A stretch of DNA of 64,000 nt, taken from positions 23,413-87,412 of IMG/VR virus record IMGVR_UViG_3300048446_000526; one strand, 5' to 3'. The notes beneath the pieces are model-generated. The model had not been told where the DNA came from. It did no database searches and was given only the letters and a program-made list of their open reading frames with translations. This DNA is from a virus. Within the stretch, counting starts at the first letter, position 1, and each line of letters opens with the position of its first letter. A program made the translations under genes and the position numbers. Below, one piece after another: positions 37,815 to 47,587 of the stretch.

Positions 37815-38491
37815 GTTTTATTCTTTTCCTTTTTTACAATTATGCTGTCACTATTTTTATTAAGTTTTAAAAATGCCAAAGATATGAGGCCATCTGCTAT
37901 TGCAGCGTTCAAAATCTCAAACAAGAACATATTATCGTAATACCTATCATTTATTCCTTCTTTTAAACTTTCCCAATCTTTTTTGCATATGTATATACCC
38001 TCGTTCCAAACATAGTCCCCTATACCGTAAAACATATAGGCTATTTGTCCTGTACCTTCTTGTAAGGTAAAACCTACAGGTTCTTCGTGTTTGGTTTTGC
38101 TGTTCCTTTTTTTTGCTAATATCCAAGATTTATTATAGTCTTTGGGTTCAAACTTTTTAGGCAAAGTATCTCCATTTAATATAAACAATCCGGGGCTATC
38201 ATCAAGTTTTATTTTTTTCAAAAGCATCTTGATAGCATAGCCATGATTCTTTTCCAAAAACTGTGGATTGTAAATATCAATTACGTCTTCATTGACAATC
38301 TTACGTAAAAGTTTTTCTGTTCCAAAACCTGTGCAGACGTATATTTTCCCATCGAACAATTTGTCCAAGATTTTGATTTGTTTATTAATAAGTTCAGTAG
38401 CGTTAGGAGATGTTTTAACCAAACCTATAGGGCCAAAGGACTTCATTCCTTTTTTTATCTCGTATGCTAGTATACATGATTTTACTTTCAT
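37811..38491 (-). CDS. Divergent nucleotidyltransferase-like protein (LicC/NTP_transferase fold)
   Basis: CILAY..KKGMKSFGPIGLV, LINKQIKIL, VCTGF, IYNPQF..KN and ILNGD. The canonical LAAGxGxR motif is degenerate. Confidence 0.6.
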   Translation of the reverse strand: MKVKSCILAYEIKKGMKSFGPIGLVKTSPNATELINKQIKILDKLFDGKIYVCTGFGTEKLLRKIVNEDVIDIYNPQFLEKNHGYAIKMLLKKIKLDDSPGLFILNGDTLPKKFEPKDYNKSWILAKKRNSKTKHEEPVGFTLQEGTGQIAYMFYGIGDYVWNEGIYICKKDWESLKEGINDRYYDNMFLFEILNAAIADGLISLAFLKLNKNSDSIIVKKEKNKT

Positions 38492-38895
38492 TTTTTCCTG
38501 ATCGTGGCAACAGTGTAGATTCCTTCATAGTGTTGACTATCTAAATCATAACCAATGTTATCTAACCAAGAGTGAAAATCTTTTTCTGACCAAACAGACT
38601 GTATAGTAGGCAATATAGCAGAATACTTTTCACTACTAAGATCACCACTGGCAATTTGTTTCTGAACCAAATCAAGATTAGTGAACCTAACAAGCATTTC
38701 TCCACCGACCTTAATTTTTTTTGCTGCTTCATTACACACCGTCAAGCGGTCTGCTGAAACCATATTATCCATACAATAAAGTGTCAGTTTTTCCACATAG
38801 CCATTGCTAATTATCTGTAATTGATTCACAGGCACATTATTAACACCTTCGATTTGTTGAGATTCGTGATAGATCACATTCATTTCTTTAATCAT
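38488..38895 (-). CDS. Truncated class I methyltransferase-like protein
   Basis: EAAKKIKVGGEMLV resembles the post-II LKPGG motif; no SAM-binding GxG motif is visible. Confidence 0.4.
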   Translation of the reverse strand: MIKEMNVIYHESQQIEGVNNVPVNQLQIISNGYVEKLTLYCMDNMVSADRLTVCNEAAKKIKVGGEMLVRFTNLDLVQKQIASGDLSSEKYSAILPTIQSVWSEKDFHSWLDNIGYDLDSQHYEGIYTVATIRKK

Positions 38896-39791
38896 GCTAT
38901 GTATGCCTCTCTTATTTTCTTGTTGAATATTTCTGTAATCCTAGTTTGAAAAGTACCAAAACTGTAATTGTCTTCCAAATATTTTCTATTCGCTGTAATA
39001 TCTTGTTTTGTTGACAACAGACTTTGGACTGTTTCTAACATTTTAGCACCGTTATTTTGTATTGTAATTCCCGGTGATTGTTCAATAACGCTGTTTGATC
39101 CTATTACTGATGCACCGCAAGCGACCGCACATAGAGCCTCATAGTTGCCATTTAAGGTGGTTGTTATAAAAACCTTATGTTTCTTCACTTGGTTGCTAAA
39201 ATCCTCTAATGTATGAAAATGAGGAGTCAGATTGCATGTCAAGCCTGCTTGTTGAAACTGACCAGCCAGTTGTCGTCCCAACATGCTAGTGTCATGTATA
39301 AGGACATCTTCTGATTGTGTAATGTCTTCATCTGTTAAAAGATCAAGAGGTACGCCAAATTTAACAACTTCAGAATTATTAGGCATTCCCCATGTGTCTG
39401 CTATACCTTGCGAAGTATAAAGTTTAAGAACCTGATCACTTCTTTGTGCCAAAATCATCCAATCTTCTTTTTTAATATTGCCTCTTGGCATATTAAGAAC
39501 CAAAATCCTATTAACATGACGAGACATTGCTTCTTGAGCACTATTGTCGTTAATATTTCCTGTTACAACAAGACTGTATTTTTGGTCGCTGTGATATGGC
39601 TCTGGTAAAGTAATAGCGGTTCTGCTAGAAGGATTTTTAAAATTTGGATTCTGCATAGGCCTTAAATAGTACCTAAAACCAGTTTCAAAAAAAGCACAGT
39701 CTAGTAGTGAACCAGTAGGGGTCCAAGAGATATTGTGATTATCATCAATAAGACAATGTAAAATATTTGTTGTGGCTCTTGCTAGTTGCAT
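38892..39791 (-). CDS. Divergent GT-B glycosyltransferase-like protein
   Basis: VVKFGVPLD, KHKVFIT and YEALCAVACGASVI, ending with a YSFGTFQTRITEIF helix. Confidence 0.55.
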   Translation of the reverse strand: MQLARATTNILHCLIDDNHNISWTPTGSLLDCAFFETGFRYYLRPMQNPNFKNPSSRTAITLPEPYHSDQKYSLVVTGNINDNSAQEAMSRHVNRILVLNMPRGNIKKEDWMILAQRSDQVLKLYTSQGIADTWGMPNNSEVVKFGVPLDLLTDEDITQSEDVLIHDTSMLGRQLAGQFQQAGLTCNLTPHFHTLEDFSNQVKKHKVFITTTLNGNYEALCAVACGASVIGSNSVIEQSPGITIQNNGAKMLETVQSLLSTKQDITANRKYLEDNYSFGTFQTRITEIFNKKIREAYIA

Positions 39792-40903
39792 ATTTTCTTT
39801 CCTATGTTTTCGTAAGTAAATTGATCAACAGCATCTATACCTAGTTGCTGTTTGGCTTCGTAGGCTTTTCTGTCTTTTTTGTACATCTGATAAACCTTTT
39901 GCATGTGGTCAATTAGAACATAAACATTCGGCCTATACCAATATGAATTTGCATTATATATATCAAATGATTCTGACAAAGTTCTAGTGTTGGCAATTAC
40001 AGGATACTTTTGACTACTGATTATAAAACCATTATCCTTGTTTACAAAGTCTACCATACCAGTGTTAGCAGTTACAATAGGTGTTTTTCCTAACACAAGT
40101 GCTTCTGCGGCTGGACGGCAGTATGCTTCACCAAAAGAAGGCATGACAAAACAATCAGAGGCATTGTGTAGACCAAGCATATCAACATCACTAAGTCTTT
40201 CTGTAACAACATATTCATCTCTACATTTACCTATATTCATTCTCTTCTTGTGTGCATCAATAGCACTTTTGACAATGTTCATTGCTTCTCCCGTATTTTT
40301 TCCGGGTACGCTAGTTTTTATGACTAGCGATACATTCTCATTGTTGCGAAAAGCAAGATTATATGCTGTGATTAAATCTGTAAGATTTTTTCTTTCTACA
40401 AACTCTCCCACATAGTAAAAAACAAATGATTTTTGTATTTTAGGGTGAATATTTAGTTTATGGTCTTTGTGCTTTTTAATAAATTCTACGTCTAAAGCAC
40501 CAGAAATAACTTTACACTTTGTGGTAATACCAGATGCTTTTACGCTTTTTGCTTCTTGTTTACTGGGGACAAGAATCAAGTCCATGTTATTTAGTATGTT
40601 TTGTGAGACAGAAGAAGAGAGGTCAGTGATCTCCATATTAAATATACCCACATTCTTCTTGACCCTATTACTTACAGTCATATTGTGCGGCAGTAATTCT
40701 TGGTAGACCACATCATACTTATCGAATGTTTGGTTTTCACATTCAACAATCACAGGATCAATATTCTTCTCAGACTGACCAGTATAAAAGTAAGGTCTAG
40801 TCGTTAGATTTTTGGTTTGTGTCAATATAGACTTGATGTAGTCTCTTGCTGACATTCCCCAGCCATCATTCTGTCTGTACGGCCCGATAAATAATGCGTT
40901 CAT
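39782..40903 (-). CDS. Glycosyltransferase, GT4 family
   Basis: DGWG, ILVPS, FYYVGEFVERKNL and DCFVMPSFGEAYCRPAAEALVLGKTPI. Confidence 0.85.
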   Translation of the reverse strand: MNALFIGPYRQNDGWGMSARDYIKSILTQTKNLTTRPYFYTGQSEKNIDPVIVECENQTFDKYDVVYQELLPHNMTVSNRVKKNVGIFNMEITDLSSSVSQNILNNMDLILVPSKQEAKSVKASGITTKCKVISGALDVEFIKKHKDHKLNIHPKIQKSFVFYYVGEFVERKNLTDLITAYNLAFRNNENVSLVIKTSVPGKNTGEAMNIVKSAIDAHKKRMNIGKCRDEYVVTERLSDVDMLGLHNASDCFVMPSFGEAYCRPAAEALVLGKTPIVTANTGMVDFVNKDNGFIISSQKYPVIANTRTLSESFDIYNANSYWYRPNVYVLIDHMQKVYQMYKKDRKAYEAKQQLGIDAVDQFTYENIGKKICN

Positions 40904-42576
40904 TAAGATTGACCTTTCATGTTTGCATACTGTATGAAGTCTTCTTCTGTAAGTTTGTCTTTGTTTTGCATTGCATCAGCAGCAAAATTGTTGTTTTTAA
41001 TATAGGCATTTAGATTCTTTAGTACATCTTCCTTTGTGAAGCCCTGATTCTGCATACCCACGATCTTAAATTGATAGTCTAGGTTTTGCAGCAGGTTAAT
41101 AATTACATTGGAAGTAATCATTGTTGGACTATTACCAAAACGAGAACCTGCCAAAGCAGTCACATAGTCATAGCCGTGCAAGTCTGGAAATTCATTAGGA
41201 CTAATCTCTGCTATTTTCTGTATAGGTTGATCCCATCTGCCTTGATTTCCGGTGAGCACAACATTGTCTAAATATGATTCCCATTTCTTAGCAATATTGT
41301 CCCAGTTGTAATGCTTTTCAGTATTCTGACGGCTTTCAATACATTTTGATTCCTGTAGCAAAGAAGGAAGATTAATGTATTCATGCAGAATCCTGATAAG
41401 GTCATCGTTGTCGGGATAGACGCGAATGGCTTTTGTCTCTAGTTCTCTAAAGTACTGATTGACCTTAATGGGATAGCCGTTCAACTTATGAACCACATCT
41501 TGCATGGCACTATAATCGACACTCGCTACAGGTAAACCTGCACTTGATGCTTCAACCTGTGGCATCCCGAAGCCTTCACAAATTGCATACTGAACATAGA
41601 TGTCCATGATGTTGTAAATTACGTTCAGATCAGACTGTTCCAATCCGTTCGCTACATTGGGCATACTCATTGATTTGTTGCCACACTTGGGACAATATGC
41701 CACCGGATGCTTGAAACGACTTATATGATAGTGTCCACATTGCTTGCAGTTATATGTAAAGAAAACCTTGTTTCCTACTTCGTATTCTTTCAGGTACAAA
41801 GGAATATCCCATCCTGCGTCTGGGTAACTGGTATGAACATGCAAATACGTTTTAGATGCTAGGGGATGATTTGCTTCATGCAACTGATCCACAAATTTCT
41901 GGAACGCTTGGAATAATTCAGGTATGAGTTTACGCTTTTGATTACGACAGACTGTACCCACTATAAAAGCATCTTCTTCGATACCCATTGATTTTCTGAT
42001 TTGCTTTTTGGCTTCTGGTCCCAGAGGCTTAAACACATCTAGACTCACACCCGGACTTGTTGTATCAATGTAATTAATTTTGTTGTTGCTTTGTTCAGCA
42101 AGCGTGTCTCTACCAAAATCACTGTATGTCATAATGGCATCTGCTGAAAGGAACGTGTCGATCCAATCTTCTTGCTGTGGTGCTGAATCTACTGTAGGCA
42201 TCAATATCCAGTGAAAAAAGGGTCTTAATGGACTATGCTGCTGATACGCATTCATCCAATAGTCACGCACATCAATGACTACATCAGGCTGAAAGTCTAG
42301 TAATACACGTTCAAAACGCCATCTTCCGAATTGATTTTCGGCTGAACTCATGTATTGCTTGTGTCTAGGATCACCGGCAGGCACAGCATTAGCGTAATAA
42401 CGCCACTTGATAATACCGTCCTTGGGATCGTTGACCTTACCATAACAAGCATGTTCCGCTAATTCGTATTTGCCTGTTGCGTGTAAACGAGACATGATTT
42501 CTTTAGTGTAGGTTCCAAAACCGGAACTTAGATAACTAGCCTCAGAAACCATTAAAACTTTTAATTTTTTTGCCAT
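40903..42576 (-). CDS. Glycosyltransferase, GT4 family, with a Zn-ribbon insertion
   Basis: SGFG, VGTVCRNQKRK and CEGFGMPQVEASSAGLP. Inserted CKQC...CPKC. AAGGA RBS. Confidence 0.85.
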   Translation of the reverse strand: MAKKLKVLMVSEASYLSSGFGTYTKEIMSRLHATGKYELAEHACYGKVNDPKDGIIKWRYYANAVPAGDPRHKQYMSSAENQFGRWRFERVLLDFQPDVVIDVRDYWMNAYQQHSPLRPFFHWILMPTVDSAPQQEDWIDTFLSADAIMTYSDFGRDTLAEQSNNKINYIDTTSPGVSLDVFKPLGPEAKKQIRKSMGIEEDAFIVGTVCRNQKRKLIPELFQAFQKFVDQLHEANHPLASKTYLHVHTSYPDAGWDIPLYLKEYEVGNKVFFTYNCKQCGHYHISRFKHPVAYCPKCGNKSMSMPNVANGLEQSDLNVIYNIMDIYVQYAICEGFGMPQVEASSAGLPVASVDYSAMQDVVHKLNGYPIKVNQYFRELETKAIRVYPDNDDLIRILHEYINLPSLLQESKCIESRQNTEKHYNWDNIAKKWESYLDNVVLTGNQGRWDQPIQKIAEISPNEFPDLHGYDYVTALAGSRFGNSPTMITSNVIINLLQNLDYQFKIVGMQNQGFTKEDVLKNLNAYIKNNNFAADAMQNKDKLTEEDFIQYANMKGQS

Positions 42577-42592
42577 TTTATATCCTTAGTGT

Positions 42593-42633
42593 AAAAATGG
42601 AGAAGGCGGCTCGTTCCCCAAGACCGCCCTCTC
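42593..42633 (-). terminator. Probable intrinsic terminator/hairpin after ssb
   Basis: Minus strand reads GAGAGGGCGG-14 nt-CCGCCTTCTC followed by CATTTTT (10-bp stem with one G-U pair). Confidence 0.55.
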
Positions 42634-42663
42634 GCTCTCGCTCTCACCCCTATAGAAGACACT

Positions 42664-43050
42664 CTAAAACGCTGCTACTTCACCTGTTGAGGTTTGTTGT
42701 TGCTGCTGAGTGCCATTGCGAGACAACTTGGTAATCTTGGAGAAATTGTTTACTCTGACCTTCAGAGTGTTGTGTTTTACTCCATCCTTTTCCCACGAAT
42801 CATTCCTCAATGATCCTTCTACCATCACAAGGTCGCCCTTCTGAAAAGAAGCACCGATAATCTCTGCACCAGTATCCCATGCTTCACAAGGAACAAATGT
42901 GGTAATCTTATCCTTTTCGCCGTTAGACTTTGTATATTCGCGTGAAACAGCAATGGTAAAGTTAACAACAGAAGTACTTTTACCATTTGTGTTCACCTTG
43001 CGAACATCAGGGTCTCGGGCCAAATTACCTCGTAAAATATTAATATTCAT
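42664..43050 (-). CDS. ssb: Single-stranded DNA-binding protein
   Basis: LRGNLARDP, VNFTIAVSR, FVPCEAW, KGDLVMVEGSL and a C-terminal ...AAF tail. AGGAG RBS. Confidence 0.95.
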   Translation of the reverse strand: MNINILRGNLARDPDVRKVNTNGKSTSVVNFTIAVSREYTKSNGEKDKITTFVPCEAWDTGAEIIGASFQKGDLVMVEGSLRNDSWEKDGVKHNTLKVRVNNFSKITKLSRNGTQQQQQTSTGEVAAF

Positions 43051-43094
43051 TCGTCACTCTCCTAGTTTAGAAAATCCAAAACCAATCATACTTT

Positions 43095-43122
43095 ATAATA
43101 AACCCAACACAACGAGTGTCAA
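43095..43122 (-). promoter_or_regulatory. Sigma70-type promoter for ssb
   Basis: TTGACA-N16-TATTAT immediately after the dnaE-C stop codon. Confidence 0.6.
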
Positions 43123-43124
43123 GC

Positions 43125-44741
43125 CTAATTCTTTGGAAGATACGCTTTTTCTACAATAAGACTATCTCCATCCCTATTTTTACTGCCTTGTACTACAATA
43201 ATATTATTCTCAAACAAAATACTGCTATAAGCGGCATATTGCTCTGGAAAAAATACTATACCATCTATAGAACCGCTACTGTCGCTGCCCTCTAGAAAGG
43301 CCATTTTTGAGCCGGGATTCTTGCCTTTTTTAGTCTTAATTACACTGACATTATCTATCTGTATAGCGACGACAATATCATTGCGAAGACAGTTATTAAA
43401 ATCTCTACATATTATGTTGGTCATTGATACGTCATACATATCGACCTTACTGCATGTTATACTACAACCTAAACATTCTTCTTCTTTGTCTGCAATCCAT
43501 TCTGGACTGTCAACAAGTGCATATGGAGGGTTGTTAATACTTTGTATAAATGCCTCTAATTTATCTTTTCTGCGGCTGCTCATTCTCGGCTTACCGATAA
43601 CACAATTAATGATGTCTATCAGAGTTCCGTTGTCTAGACAGTTCTCTACCGCATATTCTAGTTCTTTGGCTGTAAGATTAGATACTATTTCGTATTCAAA
43701 TAGCATCTTGGTTCTGCTAATACCATAAAAGTCTAAAGCACCACATTGTATAAGTGCTTTTACAGCAGTACTGGTGATATTAGTAAGCACTTTTGTGACC
43801 ATCTGATACCACGACAGTTCTTCTAGCATGATGTTTTTATCGTCAATAAGTTTGATTAATTTCTTGTACATGGATGAGCCGAACCCTTTTACATCCGTAA
43901 GACCGAAATATATCTTCTTTTCATGGAGTACAAAAAATTCATTTAATACTCTAATATCTGGTAGATGTACGGTGATGTCCATTTGACTAGCGTTTTGTAC
44001 AAGTTGTTTGATCTCTACCTTGGGGTCAATCTTATCTTTAGCAAAGCGTAGATATGACGCAAAGAATACCCTAGGGAAGTGAGCCTTTGTGTATGCAGAC
44101 AGATAAGCATTCATGGCATAGGATACAGCATGGCTTTTGTTAAAACTGTATCTCTGGCTTTTTTCGATCCATCCGAATATCTCTTCTGACTGTTCTTTTG
44201 TGACTAATTTAAGTTTTGCAGAACCGGAGATGAACTTCTTTTTTAGTTTCGCCATTTCCTCTGGCTTCTTTTTACCGATTGCTTTACGCAGATTATCTGC
44301 TTCCTGCAAGTCAAAGCCTGCAACTTCTTTTGCAATCTGCATAGCCTGTTCCTGATAAATCATTTCACCGTATGTAGTTTTCAGAGATGGCTCTAGAGTA
44401 GGATGGTAGTAGTCTACCGACTCAAAACCATTTTTCCTATCAATATAGTGATTACTGACATTCTTACCATCACGATAAGCCTGCAAGCATCCCGGTCGCA
44501 GAATGCTAATCAAAGCACTTAACTGTTCAATATTTTCTGGCTTTAGTTTCTTAGACATGGTTCTACCAAGTCTAGACTCCAACTGGAAGCAACCTTTTGT
44601 GTTACCTTCAGATATTAAGTCCCAAGTTTTCTGGCAATCCAAAGGTATATCTTGGTTAACCGGATCAAAGTCTACTGAAGTTTTACCGTCTTTTTCTACG
44701 GCATCAAAACAACAGCCACAATTAAATTTTAATACTGTCAT
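43125..44741 (-). CDS. dnaE: DNA polymerase III alpha, C-terminal half (fingers, HhH, OB) of a split DnaE
   Basis: IPLD..TW.LI..GNTKGCFQLES, RPG, YQEQ.M, LRKAIGKK, YSFNKSHA and OB-fold KTKKG..MAF. Confidence 0.92.
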   Translation of the reverse strand: MTVLKFNCGCCFDAVEKDGKTSVDFDPVNQDIPLDCQKTWDLISEGNTKGCFQLESRLGRTMSKKLKPENIEQLSALISILRPGCLQAYRDGKNVSNHYIDRKNGFESVDYYHPTLEPSLKTTYGEMIYQEQAMQIAKEVAGFDLQEADNLRKAIGKKKPEEMAKLKKKFISGSAKLKLVTKEQSEEIFGWIEKSQRYSFNKSHAVSYAMNAYLSAYTKAHFPRVFFASYLRFAKDKIDPKVEIKQLVQNASQMDITVHLPDIRVLNEFFVLHEKKIYFGLTDVKGFGSSMYKKLIKLIDDKNIMLEELSWYQMVTKVLTNITSTAVKALIQCGALDFYGISRTKMLFEYEIVSNLTAKELEYAVENCLDNGTLIDIINCVIGKPRMSSRRKDKLEAFIQSINNPPYALVDSPEWIADKEEECLGCSITCSKVDMYDVSMTNIICRDFNNCLRNDIVVAIQIDNVSVIKTKKGKNPGSKMAFLEGSDSSGSIDGIVFFPEQYAAYSSILFENNIIVVQGSKNRDGDSLIVEKAYLPKN

Positions 44742-45430
44742 GCTGTAAATGCGTCCTTAAATGTAATCTTCTTAGCCAAATTCCTATGCAGCCTCATAAA
44801 TCTTGTCAGAATTGCTGCTGTGTCCTTAACGTCTTTGATAGCATCATGAGCACCATCTTTATCTATACCCATGTAATCACGCAGATTATCTAGAGTGTAA
44901 CTTTTTAGGTCTGCGTTGTGCTCAAACCAGTAGAATACAAGGTTGAGCATGTCTACCACATCTCTTGGATAAAAAATCTTGCTGTTACCTTCTTTATTTG
45001 TGTCACCATACTTTTTTGCCATTCTCTGAATGATAGGTAGATCAAATCTGTATATGTTATAGCCTGCTGCAATCGGAGCAGTAAACTGGCTCTGTTTCTT
45101 TGATCTCATATGGTATTTCTCCAGATATCCTGTGAACATATCCCATGATTGTTCTTGCGTAGGATACTTTTGCCATTCAGCACGAACATCTTCCTTGGAA
45201 CATCCTTTGACCTTGGCATGAAAATCTAAGATGTCTGTCTTATATTCATAGTCAGGGTCTTTTTCCATACACTCTGGTTTAAAGTTAGCATTAAACTCCG
45301 AGTTAGGTATAATCTCAAGACTGACAGGATCAACCATTACTGCGGCAATCTGCACCGGACTGCACTTAATTGGGTTCACCCCGTCTGTCTCAAAATCAAA
45401 CACACAAATCTTATTATAGTTAATAGCCAT
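44738..45430 (-). CDS. dnaQ: DEDDh 3'-5' exonuclease (DnaQ/epsilon-like)
   Basis: VFDFETDG (ExoI), GYNIYRFD (ExoII) and AHDAIKD (ExoIII). ATGA-coupled to dnaE-C. Confidence 0.88.
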   Translation of the reverse strand: MAINYNKICVFDFETDGVNPIKCSPVQIAAVMVDPVSLEIIPNSEFNANFKPECMEKDPDYEYKTDILDFHAKVKGCSKEDVRAEWQKYPTQEQSWDMFTGYLEKYHMRSKKQSQFTAPIAAGYNIYRFDLPIIQRMAKKYGDTNKEGNSKIFYPRDVVDMLNLVFYWFEHNADLKSYTLDNLRDYMGIDKDGAHDAIKDVKDTAAILTRFMRLHRNLAKKITFKDAFTA

Positions 45431-45459
45431 AAAAATCCTGTTCTAAATCCTAGTATTAA

Positions 45460-45654
45460 TTATTGTTTAATAACTTTTGTTAAAGGTTTCATTCCCTGCG
45501 TATAGCCGGGACCAACAGCCTTAGCATTTTTGTAAGAGCAGCAACTTTTTCTCACTTCTCTAATTTTTTCAAAAACCTGAGAAGGTTGACCGTCTATTAC
45601 AAATTTGTCACCAATTTGCAAATGACGAAACTCCGTTACTTCTTGTTCTGACAT
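45460..45654 (-). CDS. Small hypothetical protein (64 aa)
   Basis: GGAG RBS and its own promoter. FxxLxIGDKF start with a CC motif. Confidence 0.6.
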   Translation of the reverse strand: MSEQEVTEFRHLQIGDKFVIDGQPSQVFEKIREVRKSCCSYKNAKAVGPGYTQGMKPLTKVIKQ

Positions 45655-45678
45655 AATTCATCTCCATAGTTATAGTTT

Positions 45679-45707
45679 ATTATACCCGATAGTATATACA
45701 CCGTCAA
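45679..45707 (-). promoter_or_regulatory. Sigma70-type promoter between the dnaE halves
   Basis: TTGACG-N17-TATAAT. The -35 contains the TGA stop of dnaE-N, and the ACGGTGTATATA motif overlaps the -35 and spacer. Confidence 0.75.
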
Positions 45708-47575
45708 GCCCCTTGCTTCATAAGATCGCTGATACACATGATCTTATCTAGCATAGCAACACCTAGAATATCTAATTTAATCATACCAAGACTTTCCAAA
45801 TCAGTCATTTCCATACCTGCAATGACTTGTTTATTCTTGCTGTCATAAACCATAGGACAGATACCAGCCAAAGGCTCCGCACTAACGGCTATACCAGCAG
45901 CATGTTTTGATTGTACTGACTTGGTTCCTTCTAGCCTCATGGCTTGTTCAAATCTTTTTGACAATGGCCCCTCAAGTTCGCCATCTTTACCGATGTGACA
46001 CCACTGTTTTAGTTTTTCAGCATCATTCTCTAATGCCCATCTAATAATAGAAGAGTCTCCTGTGGCTTCTTTCATTTCTTGTAAGTCATCTGCTACTTTA
46101 GATTCTTCAGGGATATTTCTTGTGATATCGTTCATTTCTTCAAACGTAATACCTCCAAACACCCTGAGCACATCTTTCAACGCACCACGACCTTTGATTG
46201 TGCCAAACGTAATCATCTGTGACACTTTGTCATCTCCATAAGTATCACGAATATATTGTATAACTTGCTCACGTTTGTCAATAGGCACATCTACGTCAAT
46301 ATCAGGCATAGACGTATGTTCTGCTGTATTTCTACCAGCATTATAAAATCTATCAAAGATAAGACCGTACTTAATAGGATCAATAGTGGTAATACCAATT
46401 AGGTAAGAAACCAAACACCCTGCTGCACTTCCTCGTCCCGGTCCCGGTAGCCATTTATTATCACGCACATGATTGACTATATCTTGTACAATCAGAAAGT
46501 AACTAGAAAGGTCTGCACCTTGCAATACACTTAGTTCATACTTGATTCTATCTACATATTGTCCATGTTGTTCTTTTGGTATATAATCCGCTATTTTATC
46601 TCTCCACCCATCCCTGCATAGTTGACGCAAATACTCTGCATCATCTATGGCTTCTGGACAGGGAAAAGGTGGCAAATTTGGCTTACTGAGAATATCATAT
46701 TCTTCGCACATATCTGCGACAAAGTTTGTATTTGCTAGTTCTTCTTCTGTATGTAGTGCTGCCATCTCTTCTTGATCAAGAATGTGAAAGTTGTCAGACT
46801 TAAAAAACGCATCTAGTCCTACAGACTCATTGTTCTGTATCTTCCTATTTACCTCTGAGAAGGTGGTTTTTAAATTGTTACACAACAGCACCCTTTGGTC
46901 AACAGCGTCAGTCTTACGGCAATAGTGAGCGTCAGGAGTGGCTACAATTTTGTTTCCTGTAATTTTTGCCAGTTCTCTGATGCAGTCTGTGAGTTTGTCC
47001 TGCAAAGGTATATTTTCATGGTCCATTAACTGTGCTTCTAAAAAGAAATTTTCTTTACCAAATATATGATTAAGTTTGCTGACTAGTCTAGTGCCGACAT
47101 TTTTCCAATCAGGGTTGATGTCGTCTCCTACCACTAGATGTCTAGCCAGCGTAGAACCTAAGTGACCACAGATGCCTATAATGTTGCCATCAATAAACTG
47201 AGACAGGGTGTCTAAGTCAAGTCTAGGCTTGCGGTAAAAATGTTCTGGCAAGTTGGCTTCAGAAGTTAACCTGATAAGTTTTTTCCATCCGTCAAAGTTT
47301 TTAGCAAGCAAAAGAAAGTGACTGAGTTTTGCATTCTCTTTGTCTTTTATTTTTGCATCTTGTTCGCACACATATATTTCTTGGCCCAAGATTGGCTTGA
47401 TATCGTTTTTACGCATCTCTGAGTAAAACTTGATAGCACCAGCAATATTACCGTGATCTGTTAATGCACATGATGTCGCACCGATCTCTAAGCATCTTGA
47501 GGCCATATCTGCTGGTTTGCTCATGCCATCCAGCAGGCTATACATACTATGACAATGTAAAGGTTGATAATTCAT
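45704..47575 (-). CDS. dnaE: DNA polymerase III alpha, N-terminal half (PHP, palm/thumb) of a split DnaE
   Basis: LHCHSMYSLLDG, TDHGN, DAHY, GPGRGSAAG, MPDIDVD, KHAAG and KLDILG, followed shortly by a stop. Confidence 0.95.
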   Translation of the reverse strand: MNYQPLHCHSMYSLLDGMSKPADMASRCLEIGATSCALTDHGNIAGAIKFYSEMRKNDIKPILGQEIYVCEQDAKIKDKENAKLSHFLLLAKNFDGWKKLIRLTSEANLPEHFYRKPRLDLDTLSQFIDGNIIGICGHLGSTLARHLVVGDDINPDWKNVGTRLVSKLNHIFGKENFFLEAQLMDHENIPLQDKLTDCIRELAKITGNKIVATPDAHYCRKTDAVDQRVLLCNNLKTTFSEVNRKIQNNESVGLDAFFKSDNFHILDQEEMAALHTEEELANTNFVADMCEEYDILSKPNLPPFPCPEAIDDAEYLRQLCRDGWRDKIADYIPKEQHGQYVDRIKYELSVLQGADLSSYFLIVQDIVNHVRDNKWLPGPGRGSAAGCLVSYLIGITTIDPIKYGLIFDRFYNAGRNTAEHTSMPDIDVDVPIDKREQVIQYIRDTYGDDKVSQMITFGTIKGRGALKDVLRVFGGITFEEMNDITRNIPEESKVADDLQEMKEATGDSSIIRWALENDAEKLKQWCHIGKDGELEGPLSKRFEQAMRLEGTKSVQSKHAAGIAVSAEPLAGICPMVYDSKNKQVIAGMEMTDLESLGMIKLDILGVAMLDKIMCISDLMKQGA

Positions 47576-47587
47576 CTATTCTCCCAA

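Noticed and set aside
42626-42646. Short CTCTCG tandem repeat
   Set aside because: Only about three units adjoining the terminator stem; too short to be an array or a meaningful repeat locus.
44741-45704. Split intein or group I intron interrupting dnaE
   Set aside because: There are no intein N-terminal (C/S-start) or C-terminal (HN-C/S/T) motifs. The gap is filled by a promoter, a small ORF and an intact dnaQ, leaving no room for a ribozyme core.
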